Shown piece by piece: positions 8,453 through 15,847 of a stretch of 31,447 nt of DNA (position 1 is the stretch's first letter; each line of letters starts with the position of its first letter). The translations under genes and the position numbers were made by a program. Source of the DNA: Pseudomonadota bacterium (GTDB lineage: Bacteria > Bdellovibrionota_B > Oligoflexia > Oligoflexales > CAIYRB01); contig JAYVWD010000125.1 of assembly GCA_043786345.1 (NCBI GenBank), forward strand, positions 1 through 31,447, read 5' to 3'. The notes below the pieces were generated by a model. It was not told the origin of the DNA. It worked only from the letters and a program-made list of their open reading frames with translations, and searched no databases.

Positions 8453-8830
8453 ATGAGTATCCGCATCGGCGACTCGGTCTTCATCCGCAACGGCACCCTG
8501 GCCGTGGTGAAGGGCCGTGACGAGCTCAGCGGGTCCCTCAACCTCGACTCGGACCTGAAGGTCGTCCAGGACCAGACGCGCAACGGCATCGTCAACGGCC
8601 TCAACGAGGACACGCGCGCCCGCCTGAACGAGATCATCGACGGCGCGAAAGACGAGTCGAAGGACCCGAAGGAACGCGTCGAGAAGCTCAGCGGCATCCT
8701 GAGCGAGCTCGACAAGGACCCGGCGCAGCAAACGCTGGCGCGCTACGTGCGCGGCGAGATGCACTTCCTGATGAACACGTTCAACATCAAACCCCGCGAG
8801 TTCTCGATCCACGAAAGCAAGGCCCGTTAA
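8453..8830 (+). CDS. Hypothetical protein (125 aa), paralog A of tandem pair
   Basis: ATG at 8453 with GGGGAGGT SD. Aligns nearly gaplessly with the next gene. Confidence 0.88.
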   Translation: MSIRIGDSVFIRNGTLAVVKGRDELSGSLNLDSDLKVVQDQTRNGIVNGLNEDTRARLNEIIDGAKDESKDPKERVEKLSGILSELDKDPAQQTLARYVRGEMHFLMNTFNIKPREFSIHESKAR

Positions 8831-8853
8831 CCTCGAGCGTAAGGAGAGGCGTC

Positions 8854-9231
8854 ATGGCGCACATCGGCGATCTGGTCCCGAAATCCGGCATCTACACCGA
8901 GCCGGGCGTGGTGACGGCGAAGAAGGACGACGGCAGCGTCGTCGTCGACACCGACCCGATGAAGTTGAACCAGTACCACCGCTATGCGAACACGACCGGC
9001 CTCAACGAGCAGGAAAAGGCCGACTTCAACGGGATCCTCGATCAGATCTACTCGAAGGAGAACGACGTCGAGCGGATCAACGACATCCAGTCGGAGATCG
9101 ACCGCCTGAAGCAGGACCCCCATTCGAAGAACGTCGTGCAGTACCTGCGCAACCAGCAGGCCGTGCTCGTGCGCCAGGCCGGCAAGCTTCCGACGACGTA
9201 CAACTGGGACGAAATGCAGCTCAAGCGCTGA
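8854..9231 (+). CDS. Hypothetical protein (125 aa), paralog B of tandem pair
   Basis: ATG with AAGGAGAGG SD, 23 bp after the paralog A stop. Shares IGDxV, DxD, GLNE, NxIxD, ER, LxxDP and YxR motifs with A. Confidence 0.9.
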   Translation: MAHIGDLVPKSGIYTEPGVVTAKKDDGSVVVDTDPMKLNQYHRYANTTGLNEQEKADFNGILDQIYSKENDVERINDIQSEIDRLKQDPHSKNVVQYLRNQQAVLVRQAGKLPTTYNWDEMQLKR

Positions 9232-9248
9232 GCCGGCCCCCCAGGGCC

Positions 9249-10502
9249 TCAGGCGACGTCCTCGATCTCGACGGGGTTGTTCGAGGCGTATTTGAGGTCG
9301 ACCTGCTCCAGCAATTTCTGCGCTTTCCGGTAGGTCGGCTCCTTGATGAGCGCGATCTTCAGGAACTCCTGCGCCATCTTGTGCTTGCCCCAGCGGGCGT
9401 AGCACAGGCCGATGTTGTAGAAGAGCAGCGGTCCCTTGTCCTGGTGGGGGAGGACGTACTGCGCGCGCGTGTAGTGCTCGAGCGCATCCTCGAACTTGTT
9501 GCGCCGCACCATCTCGATGCCCTGCTGGTTGAGCGACGACGCCGCCTTGAAGCCCAGGTGCGAGCGCGCGAGCAGCAGGCGCGACTCCTCGAGGTTGCCC
9601 TGGTGGAAGCGGATCTCGGCGAGGCCGTTCAAGGCGCCGCTGCAGTAGTGGTCCCGGTCGAGCGCCGACTTGAAATAGAACTCGGCCTTGCCGGCGTCGA
9701 GGAGCTGCATCTGGATCTCGCCCATGCCGACCAGGCGCGAGATGCTCGACTTGTTGAGCTCCTGCATCTTCTGCATGAGCGCGAGCGCGTCCTCCAGCTT
9801 CCCCCGCCGCCGGTAGAAGCGGATGAGGTTGTGGTAGGTGCGGTAGTAGTTCGGATTCCTGTCGAGCGCCGCGTACCAGCCGCGGACCGCGCTCTCGTCG
9901 TCGTCCTTGAGCATCGCGACGACGGCGAGCGCGTCGAGGTAACGCGCCGTGAACTCGTCGGGCTTGAGCTTCCGGACGCCGCCCTCGATCCGGCTGATGG
10001 CCTCGGGACTGACCTGTTCGGGCAGGGTGTCGAGGACGTAGAGGAGCTTCCGCCAGGCGATCTCTTTGCGGTCGCTCTCGGGCTCCGCCGTCAGGTGCAG
10101 GTCGAGCTCGCGGCCCCCCTGAATCAGGTCCTTGTCGCGGTTGCGCAGGCGGACGATGCGCCGCACGCCGAGCTCGCTTAAGTAGACGACGTCCTCGTGG
10201 GTCGGATTCGTGGTGAGGATGACGACGCGCTCGCCGACGTCGAAGTTCGGCTGGACGTCGAGGATCTCCTCGATGACGGCGCCACCGCTCCGGCCCTTGG
10301 CTTCCCAGTGGATGATGATCCGGGCGGCGTCGCGGAGCCGGTCCCAACTCTGGCGGATCGGCACGGTCGACGGCAGCCGGACGTGGGCCATGCCGAGGAA
10401 TTCGAGCTGCTGCGTCGCCAGCGACCAGATCCAGGTCTGGTCGTCCATGATCGCGAGGGTTTCACTAAAGCGTGGCGGCTTCGAGGTTTGCGTCTCGGCC
10501 AT
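9249..10502 (-). CDS. Atypical (pseudo-)receiver domain plus TPR-repeat protein
   Basis: Receiver-like order LAIMDD / IIIHW / VILTT / IVRLR followed by multiple TPRs (YYRTYHNL, LVGMGEI, ALNGLAEI, LNQQGIEM, LFYNIGLCY). ATG at 10502 with GGAGG SD. Confidence 0.85.
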   Translation of the reverse strand: MAETQTSKPPRFSETLAIMDDQTWIWSLATQQLEFLGMAHVRLPSTVPIRQSWDRLRDAARIIIHWEAKGRSGGAVIEEILDVQPNFDVGERVVILTTNPTHEDVVYLSELGVRRIVRLRNRDKDLIQGGRELDLHLTAEPESDRKEIAWRKLLYVLDTLPEQVSPEAISRIEGGVRKLKPDEFTARYLDALAVVAMLKDDDESAVRGWYAALDRNPNYYRTYHNLIRFYRRRGKLEDALALMQKMQELNKSSISRLVGMGEIQMQLLDAGKAEFYFKSALDRDHYCSGALNGLAEIRFHQGNLEESRLLLARSHLGFKAASSLNQQGIEMVRRNKFEDALEHYTRAQYVLPHQDKGPLLFYNIGLCYARWGKHKMAQEFLKIALIKEPTYRKAQKLLEQVDLKYASNNPVEIEDVA

Positions 10503-10527
10503 GGGAGCCTCCCTAGACATCGAACCA

Positions 10528-10555
10528 CTATCGTCCGGCCGCGGGCTTCCCTTGA
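10528..10555 (-). promoter_or_regulatory. Candidate sigma28/FliA-type promoter TCAAG-N15-GACGATAG
   Basis: Same -35 pentamer and spacing as the site at 8311-8338. The predicted TSS near 10521 is upstream of the SD. Confidence 0.5.
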
Positions 10556-10635
10556 AGGCGGCCGGGACATTATTAAATTATTCCAGTCTTTCCGGAGCAC
10601 TCCCGAGCCGTTAGAATGGGTCGGGGGTCCCCGGC

Positions 10636-11541
10636 ATGCAGGCAATCATCATCGGTACCGGCGCGGTCGCCGCCTTCCTCGGGGCGGCTCTGGAGGAGCG
10701 TGGCTTCCTCCCCGGCTATGTCGGCCGGCAGGGCCCGACGGCCTTCACGGCGCGCCTCGCCTATCCGGGCGGCGCCGAGCGGCTCGTCTGCTGCCGCGCC
10801 CCGGGGAAGGACGTCTGGCGGGCCGCCGCGCTCGCCTTCGTGGCGGTCAAGGCCTTCGACCTGGAGGCGGCCTTCGGCTGGGCCTCGGAGCTCGCGCCCG
10901 GGACGCCGCTCATTCCCGTCGTGAACGGCGCCGTCGAGGACCTCGTGCGCGCCGCCGCGGCCCGCCGGCCCGATCTGGCGTGGCGGCTCGGCTACTCGAC
11001 CTTCGGCGTTTCGGCCCTCGATGCCCCCGCCGGCCCGCAGGACGCGGCCACCTCGTTCACCAACCACAGCTACGCCGTCCGCTCCAGGACGGGCGAGGTC
11101 GCCTTCGGGCCCCTCGACGGCCGGGGCGAGCCGGCCGCGGCGGAGCGGCTGCTCCTCGACCGGCCCGGGGTCTTCGTCTGGCACCAGGGGATCCTCAAGG
11201 CCGCCCGCCGCAAATGGCTCTTCAACGTCGTGATCAACACGCTCTGCGCCGCGCGCGGGCTGCGCCGGAACGGCGACCTGTTCGGCGACATCCCGATGCT
11301 GTCGGCGGTCTTCCACGAGGCCTGGGCGCTGGGCGAAGGGCGCTTCGGACCCTGGGGGCTCGAGAAGGCCGAGGTCTACAAGGCGATGGAAAAGCTGATC
11401 GAGGCGACGGCGGAAAACGAGAACTCCATGGCGCGCGACAAGCGGCTGGGCCGCCTGACGGAAACGGCGTATTTGGCGGGACTGGCAACGGACGCGCGCC
11501 GGTTCCCCCTGCTGACGATGCTGGCCGGGCAGGCGCGCTGA
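10636..11541 (+). CDS. panE: 2-dehydropantoate 2-reductase (ketopantoate reductase family)
   Basis: IIGTGAVA nucleotide-binding motif, VAVKAFD, KWLFNVVIN, NSMARD...GRLTE..YLAG. Confidence 0.85.
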   Translation: MQAIIIGTGAVAAFLGAALEERGFLPGYVGRQGPTAFTARLAYPGGAERLVCCRAPGKDVWRAAALAFVAVKAFDLEAAFGWASELAPGTPLIPVVNGAVEDLVRAAAARRPDLAWRLGYSTFGVSALDAPAGPQDAATSFTNHSYAVRSRTGEVAFGPLDGRGEPAAAERLLLDRPGVFVWHQGILKAARRKWLFNVVINTLCAARGLRRNGDLFGDIPMLSAVFHEAWALGEGRFGPWGLEKAEVYKAMEKLIEATAENENSMARDKRLGRLTETAYLAGLATDARRFPLLTMLAGQAR

Positions 11542-11551
11542 GGGCGGGGCG

Positions 11552-11806
11552 TCAGGATCCGGCCATTCGCGGGCTGGCGTTTTTCAGCGACACGCTGCCG
11601 ACGGCCTCGCCGTCGGCCTCGATGATCCAGCGCCAGCCCGAGAGCCGGGCGTCGGCGAGGTCGCTGCCTTCCTCGGCGGTGCGCACCAGGTATTCTTCGT
11701 AGGTCAGCGGCTCCAGGGGATTGTAGCGCTGCGTCACGGGCTCGAGCCGCCACGCGAAGATGCGCGCAGCGTCGTCCTTGCGGAGGGGGCGCAACGCGAC
11801 GGTCAT
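11552..11806 (-). pseudogene. Truncated RimJ/RimL-type GNAT acetyltransferase (N-terminal half only, 84 aa)
   Basis: VALRPL..DD..IF.W and WIIEADGEAVGSVSL are typical GNAT N-terminal elements. The ORF stops before the acetyl-CoA-binding motif. ATGA overlap with the purC stop. Confidence 0.6.
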
Positions 11807-12804
11807 CGGAAGGCGAGGCCTTCGATGTCGACCGGCAGGCCCGCGGCGCCGTCCGTCATCAAAGGCTTGCCGGTCAAGGTTTCCGCGACGTGTAGATAGA
11901 GGCGGGCGAGCGCCAGCAGCCGGTCGACGGGAACGACGGGGACCGGGCCCTCGCCGCTGTAGCCCTGCTCGATCAGCCAGCGGCGGACGGTCTCCTTGTC
12001 GAGCATCTCGGGCGCCTCGCCGGCTTCTCTGCGGGCGTCGTAGGTCGCCGCGGTCCAGAGGCGGCTCGAGTCGGGCGTGTGGACCTCGTCGATGACGAGG
12101 ATCCGGCCGTCGGGCGCGCGCCCGAATTCATACTTGGTGTCGACGAGGATCCAGCCGTGCCGGGCGAAGACCGTCTGGCCGTGCGCGAACAGCGTCAAGG
12201 CGAGCGCGGCGATCTGGTCCCACTCGGCGCGGGTGCAGACGCCGTGGCGCACGAGCTCCTCGGGCGAGGCGCCTTCATCGTGCTCGAAGGCCGCGGCTTT
12301 GGTGGTCGGGGTGATGATCGCCGCGGGCAGGCGGCCATAGGCGACGAGGCCTTCCGGCAGGCGCACCCCGCAGAACGTGCGATCGCCGTTGGCGTAAGCG
12401 CGTTGGAGGCTGCCGGCGATGAAGCCGCGCACCACGACCTCGATCTTGAACGGCACGGTCTTCCGCGTCGCGAGCACGCGCTCGGCCGGACGCGAGAGGT
12501 AGTGCGTCGGGACGACCTTCGCCGCTTCCTGGAGCCAGAACTCCGAGATTGCCGTCAGGATCGTGCCCTTGTATGGCACCATGCTGATCAGCTTGTCGAA
12601 GGCCGTGAGCCGGTCCGAGTGCACGATGAAAAGCTCGTCGCCACGGAACACCACGTCGCGGACTTTGCCGGTGTACGTGCGGACGTCTCGGGCCTGGAGG
12701 CGGGCGCACTGCTCGGGGGTCAGGCCGTGGTAAGCGTGCCGCTGGGCCTCGGCGCCGCTCGGATCGGCCGCGATGCCCTCAAGAACTTCTCTAATGGATT
12801 TCAT
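11803..12804 (-). CDS. purC: Phosphoribosylaminoimidazole-succinocarboxamide (SAICAR) synthase
   Basis: GKVRD, SDRLTAFD, IEVVVRG, TPTTK..HD, LVDTKYEFG, DEVHTPDSSRLW, DKE.VR.WL motifs. Confidence 0.97.
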   Translation of the reverse strand: MKSIREVLEGIAADPSGAEAQRHAYHGLTPEQCARLQARDVRTYTGKVRDVVFRGDELFIVHSDRLTAFDKLISMVPYKGTILTAISEFWLQEAAKVVPTHYLSRPAERVLATRKTVPFKIEVVVRGFIAGSLQRAYANGDRTFCGVRLPEGLVAYGRLPAAIITPTTKAAAFEHDEGASPEELVRHGVCTRAEWDQIAALALTLFAHGQTVFARHGWILVDTKYEFGRAPDGRILVIDEVHTPDSSRLWTAATYDARREAGEAPEMLDKETVRRWLIEQGYSGEGPVPVVPVDRLLALARLYLHVAETLTGKPLMTDGAAGLPVDIEGLAFR

Positions 12805-12898
12805 GGCTTACCTTTCGGCGGACGCGGAGGTCGCAAGCGCTCGTTGACCGCCCCAAGGGATATCAAGGACTGTACCCCCGACACAAGGGGGATGCCGA

Positions 12899-13351
12899 TT
12901 GCGCCTGTGGATCGATGCCGACGCCCTGCCGGGCGACCTGAAAGATCTGATCATCCGGGCCTCCCAGCGTTTGAGCCTGGAGACCGTCTTCGTCGCCAAC
13001 AAGGCGATCAAGCTGCCCCCGCTGCCGACGCTGCGCCAAACCATCGTCGGTCACGGGCCGGACGTCGCCGACACCTACATCGTGGAGCAAGCCGTGACCG
13101 GCGACGTCTGCGTCTCCCAGGACATCCCGCTGGCGGCGCTGCTCGTGGCGAAAGGGGTGGTGGTGATCGACCCGCGCGGCGACCTCCATACCGAGGCTTC
13201 GATCGGGGAGCGGTTGTCGGTGCGCAACTTCATGCAGGATTTGCGCGACGCGGGGGGGATTACGGGCGGCCCGCGGCCATTCGATGCCAAGGCGAAGCAG
13301 GCGTTTGCGTCGACGCTCGACCGGGTTTTGACGAAAGCGATGCGGGGATAG
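12899..13351 (+). CDS. yaiI: YaiI/YqxD (UPF0178) family protein
   Basis: WIDADA.P, FVAN, DVAD..IV, D..V.QDIPLA, IGERLS.R.FM..LR..G..TGGP..F. TTG start after AAGGGGG. Confidence 0.93.
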   Translation: MRLWIDADALPGDLKDLIIRASQRLSLETVFVANKAIKLPPLPTLRQTIVGHGPDVADTYIVEQAVTGDVCVSQDIPLAALLVAKGVVVIDPRGDLHTEASIGERLSVRNFMQDLRDAGGITGGPRPFDAKAKQAFASTLDRVLTKAMRG

Positions 13352-13380
13352 GCTGCGGCGGGTGCCGCTCGTGCCCGGCT

Positions 13381-14448
13381 TCAGTGCAGCAAATCGTCCA
13401 AAAGCAACGCTCCTCCAAGCTCCATGACTACCGCCTCGATCCCGGCCACGACGGCTGCGAGGGCGGCGTAGTCGAGTTTTTCCGGCGTGTCGTCCGGCGA
13501 ATGAAAGTAAGGATACCGGAGCCAGGCGGCGTCGGTCACCATCAGCGCCCGGTAACCCTCCTTCCAGAAGGAGCGGTGGTCGGACGGGCGCCCGTAGGGG
13601 AGGGGGCCGGGGAGGGCGAGGGCACAGGACGGAAACTCGGTGCCGCCGCCGAACGCCGCCTGGGCGACGCGCAGAATCCGGCGCGACCTCAGATTGCTGA
13701 CGAGCGCGACGGGGCGGCGGTCCGCCGGGTGGATGAGCTTGTGGACGGTGGCGGCGCGCCGGGACGGGGCACCGCCTTCGGGACTGCGCGGCGTGCCGTC
13801 GGCGGCGGCGAGCTGGGCCGCGGCGGCGGCGCGGAGCGGGAAGTAGCCGAGGCATTCCAGGCTGATCATCACCTGCACGTTTTCGCCGCGCTCGGCGCAA
13901 CGCCGCGCGTAGACGCGGCTACCGCGCGGGACGCCGAGGTGGAAGGCGCCTTCGGAGGTCGCAAAAGCGACGAAGCGCAGCGTCCGGGCCAGCGACCGGC
14001 GGCGGAGCCGGCGCGCCAGCTCGAGGAGCGCGGCGACGCCGCTGGCGTTGGCGTTCGCGCCGGGGGTTCCCCGGGCGGAGTCGTAATGGGCGCCGATGAC
14101 GACGACCTCGTCGGGCAGGGCGCGGCCGCGGATCTCGCCGATGACGTTGTGGCAGGGCTTGATGCCGGCCAGGTAGCCGTGTTGCTCGACCGCCAATCCG
14201 GCTTTCGCGAAGCTGCGCTCGACATGGCCGCCCGCGACCTCCAGGGCGAGGTGGCGGCGCCAGTGGCGTTCACCGATCTCGTGGGCGAGGACGCGCACGT
14301 CCTGCTGTAGCCGGGCCCGGGCGTCGTTCAGCGCGCTGTGCGCCGGAATCGCGCGGCGCTCGCGCCGGCGGGGCTGGAAGATCTCCATGTAGTGCTCCCG
14401 GTACGGGCGGCGGTCTCCGACATCCGTCCGGACATACGCAAACGTCAT
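13381..14448 (-). CDS. M28-family peptidase homolog with degenerate metal/catalytic residues
   Basis: VVIGAHYDS, PGANANASG (family GADDNASG), LRFVAFATSE (family ..EE), MISLECLGY, SDHRSFW..GY.A.MVTD, YH...DT..KLD. Confidence 0.88.
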   Translation of the reverse strand: MTFAYVRTDVGDRRPYREHYMEIFQPRRRERRAIPAHSALNDARARLQQDVRVLAHEIGERHWRRHLALEVAGGHVERSFAKAGLAVEQHGYLAGIKPCHNVIGEIRGRALPDEVVVIGAHYDSARGTPGANANASGVAALLELARRLRRRSLARTLRFVAFATSEGAFHLGVPRGSRVYARRCAERGENVQVMISLECLGYFPLRAAAAAQLAAADGTPRSPEGGAPSRRAATVHKLIHPADRRPVALVSNLRSRRILRVAQAAFGGGTEFPSCALALPGPLPYGRPSDHRSFWKEGYRALMVTDAAWLRYPYFHSPDDTPEKLDYAALAAVVAGIEAVVMELGGALLLDDLLH

Positions 14449-14468
14449 GCCGGAGTCCCGCGCCGGAT

Positions 14469-14957
14469 TTAGACCCGGATTTCCCCGTCCGCCGGCGCCT
14501 TCGCGCGCAGCGTCGCCGGCAGGCGCTCCCGCAGTGCGGCCTTGACCGTGGCCAGGTGGCGCTTTTCATCCTCGTGGCCGCGCTCGACGATGGCGCGCAC
14601 GTCGGCGGGCAGCGCCGCCGCCGCATGCGCCTTATAGCCGGAGACCGTCAGCGATTCGCTGCCCACCAGGGCCAAAAGGGCGGTGCGCGCGCCGACCTGG
14701 CTCATGACGGCCGTCATGCCCTCGAGCAAAAGTCCCTTCAAATCCGCGGCGAAAGCCGGCGGCTTGCCGCCGTGGTTGAACAGCAGATGGCTCAGCGCCT
14801 CGATGTGGCGGACGTGGTCTTCCTTGCAGGCCTCGAGCGCGCGATGCAGGCTGCCGGCCTCGAGTGCGGAAAGCGCCTGGTCGTGGGCGAGAATAGCGTC
14901 GATGTCGAGGTGGGTGAGCGCGGTAAGGCGCTCGACCAGCTCTTTGTTGCTCATCAT
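14469..14957 (-). CDS. Ferritin-like four-helix-bundle protein (DUF2383/PA2169-like)
   Basis: LDIDAI.A, EDH.RH, DLKG.LLEG.T, DE.RH motifs. ATG at 14957 with GGAGG SD; the ORF-track upstream extension to 15395 is spurious. Confidence 0.85.
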   Translation of the reverse strand: MMSNKELVERLTALTHLDIDAILAHDQALSALEAGSLHRALEACKEDHVRHIEALSHLLFNHGGKPPAFAADLKGLLLEGMTAVMSQVGARTALLALVGSESLTVSGYKAHAAAALPADVRAIVERGHEDEKRHLATVKAALRERLPATLRAKAPADGEIRV

Positions 14958-14985
14958 AGTGGTGGCCTCCTGATGTCCCCGACAA

Positions 14986-15001
14986 TGCAAGGCGGCGGCC
15001 A
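14986..15001 (-). promoter_or_regulatory. sigma54 (-24/-12) promoter TGGCCGCCGCCTTGCA for the ferritin-like / M28 unit
   Basis: GG-N10-GC spacing exact with a perfect TTGCA -12 box. Predicted TSS near 14975 is just upstream of the SD. Confidence 0.65.
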
Positions 15002-15135
15002 AAGTGAAGGCCGGGCGACAGCGGGCGGCAGAACGCTGCAGGCTGTCGCGAAGTCGAGACTTCCTGTCTGAATCTCGCACCATATCCCGGATCCCGCCCG
15101 GCCGTAGACCGCCTCGCCCACCAAGCTCGACCGCG

Positions 15136-15151
15136 TGGCACGCTTCATGCT
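15136..15151 (+). promoter_or_regulatory. sigma54 (-24/-12) promoter TGGCACGCTTCATGCT for the hemerythrin gene
   Basis: Perfect TGGCACG -24 box and exact GG-N10-GC spacing, 50 bp upstream of the ATG. Confidence 0.7.
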
Positions 15152-15201
15152 CGCGCCGACGCGCAGCCGAAGCGAAGAACCCCGCAGGAGGAACGAAATC
15201 C

Positions 15202-15816
15202 ATGCAACCCGTAGAGCTTATCAAGGACGGCATGAGCGCCGTCAGCAAGGCGCTCGGCGTCGGCCAGAACGCCAAGGAGCCCAAGAACGCCATCGCGATC
15301 CTCACCACCCAGCACCGCGAGGTCGAGGCGCTCTTCGCCGAGATCCACGGCGCCGGGTCCAAAGCCTTCAAGGCCAAGGAGCATGCCCTCGGCACGCTGC
15401 TCGAGCGGGTGCTTCTGCATACCGAGCTCGAGGAAAAGCTCTTTTACCCCGCGGCGAAGGTCGTGGATCCGAAGCTCGTCCTCGAGTCGTTGGAGGAGCA
15501 CGCGGCCGTCAAGATGCTCGTCCGGAAGCTCCTCGGCGCCGACGCGCGGGACGAATCCTTCGACGCCAAGGTCACGGTCCTCGAGGAGCTGATCCACCAC
15601 CACGTCCGGGAGGAGGAGGGCGAGCTTTTCCCGAAGTGCAAGGACCAGATAAGCGACGACCTCCTCGAGGAGCTCGGCGACGCGATGCAGGAGCGCATCG
15701 ACGCGAAGCGGGCCCGCGAGCGGCCGGCCGGGGCCCCCCGTAAAAAGCCGGCGCTCAAGGCGGCGGCGAAAAAGCGGAAGCCCGGCGGGGCCAAGGTGAA
15801 GCGCACGAAGCACTGA
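15202..15816 (+). CDS. Hemerythrin/HHE cation-binding domain protein with Lys/Arg-rich C-terminal tail
   Basis: QHREVE, H..LEEKLFYP, EEH, HHHVREEE.ELFP motifs. ATG at 15202 after GGAGGA. Confidence 0.9.
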   Translation: MQPVELIKDGMSAVSKALGVGQNAKEPKNAIAILTTQHREVEALFAEIHGAGSKAFKAKEHALGTLLERVLLHTELEEKLFYPAAKVVDPKLVLESLEEHAAVKMLVRKLLGADARDESFDAKVTVLEELIHHHVREEEGELFPKCKDQISDDLLEELGDAMQERIDAKRARERPAGAPRKKPALKAAAKKRKPGGAKVKRTKH

Positions 15817-15847
15817 AGGCCCGGCGGACGCGCAGTCCGGCCGGGGC

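Noticed and set aside
10589-10617. sigma70-like promoter TTTCCG-N17-TAGAAT for panE
   Set aside because: Plausible -10 but poor -35; not supportable without TSS data.
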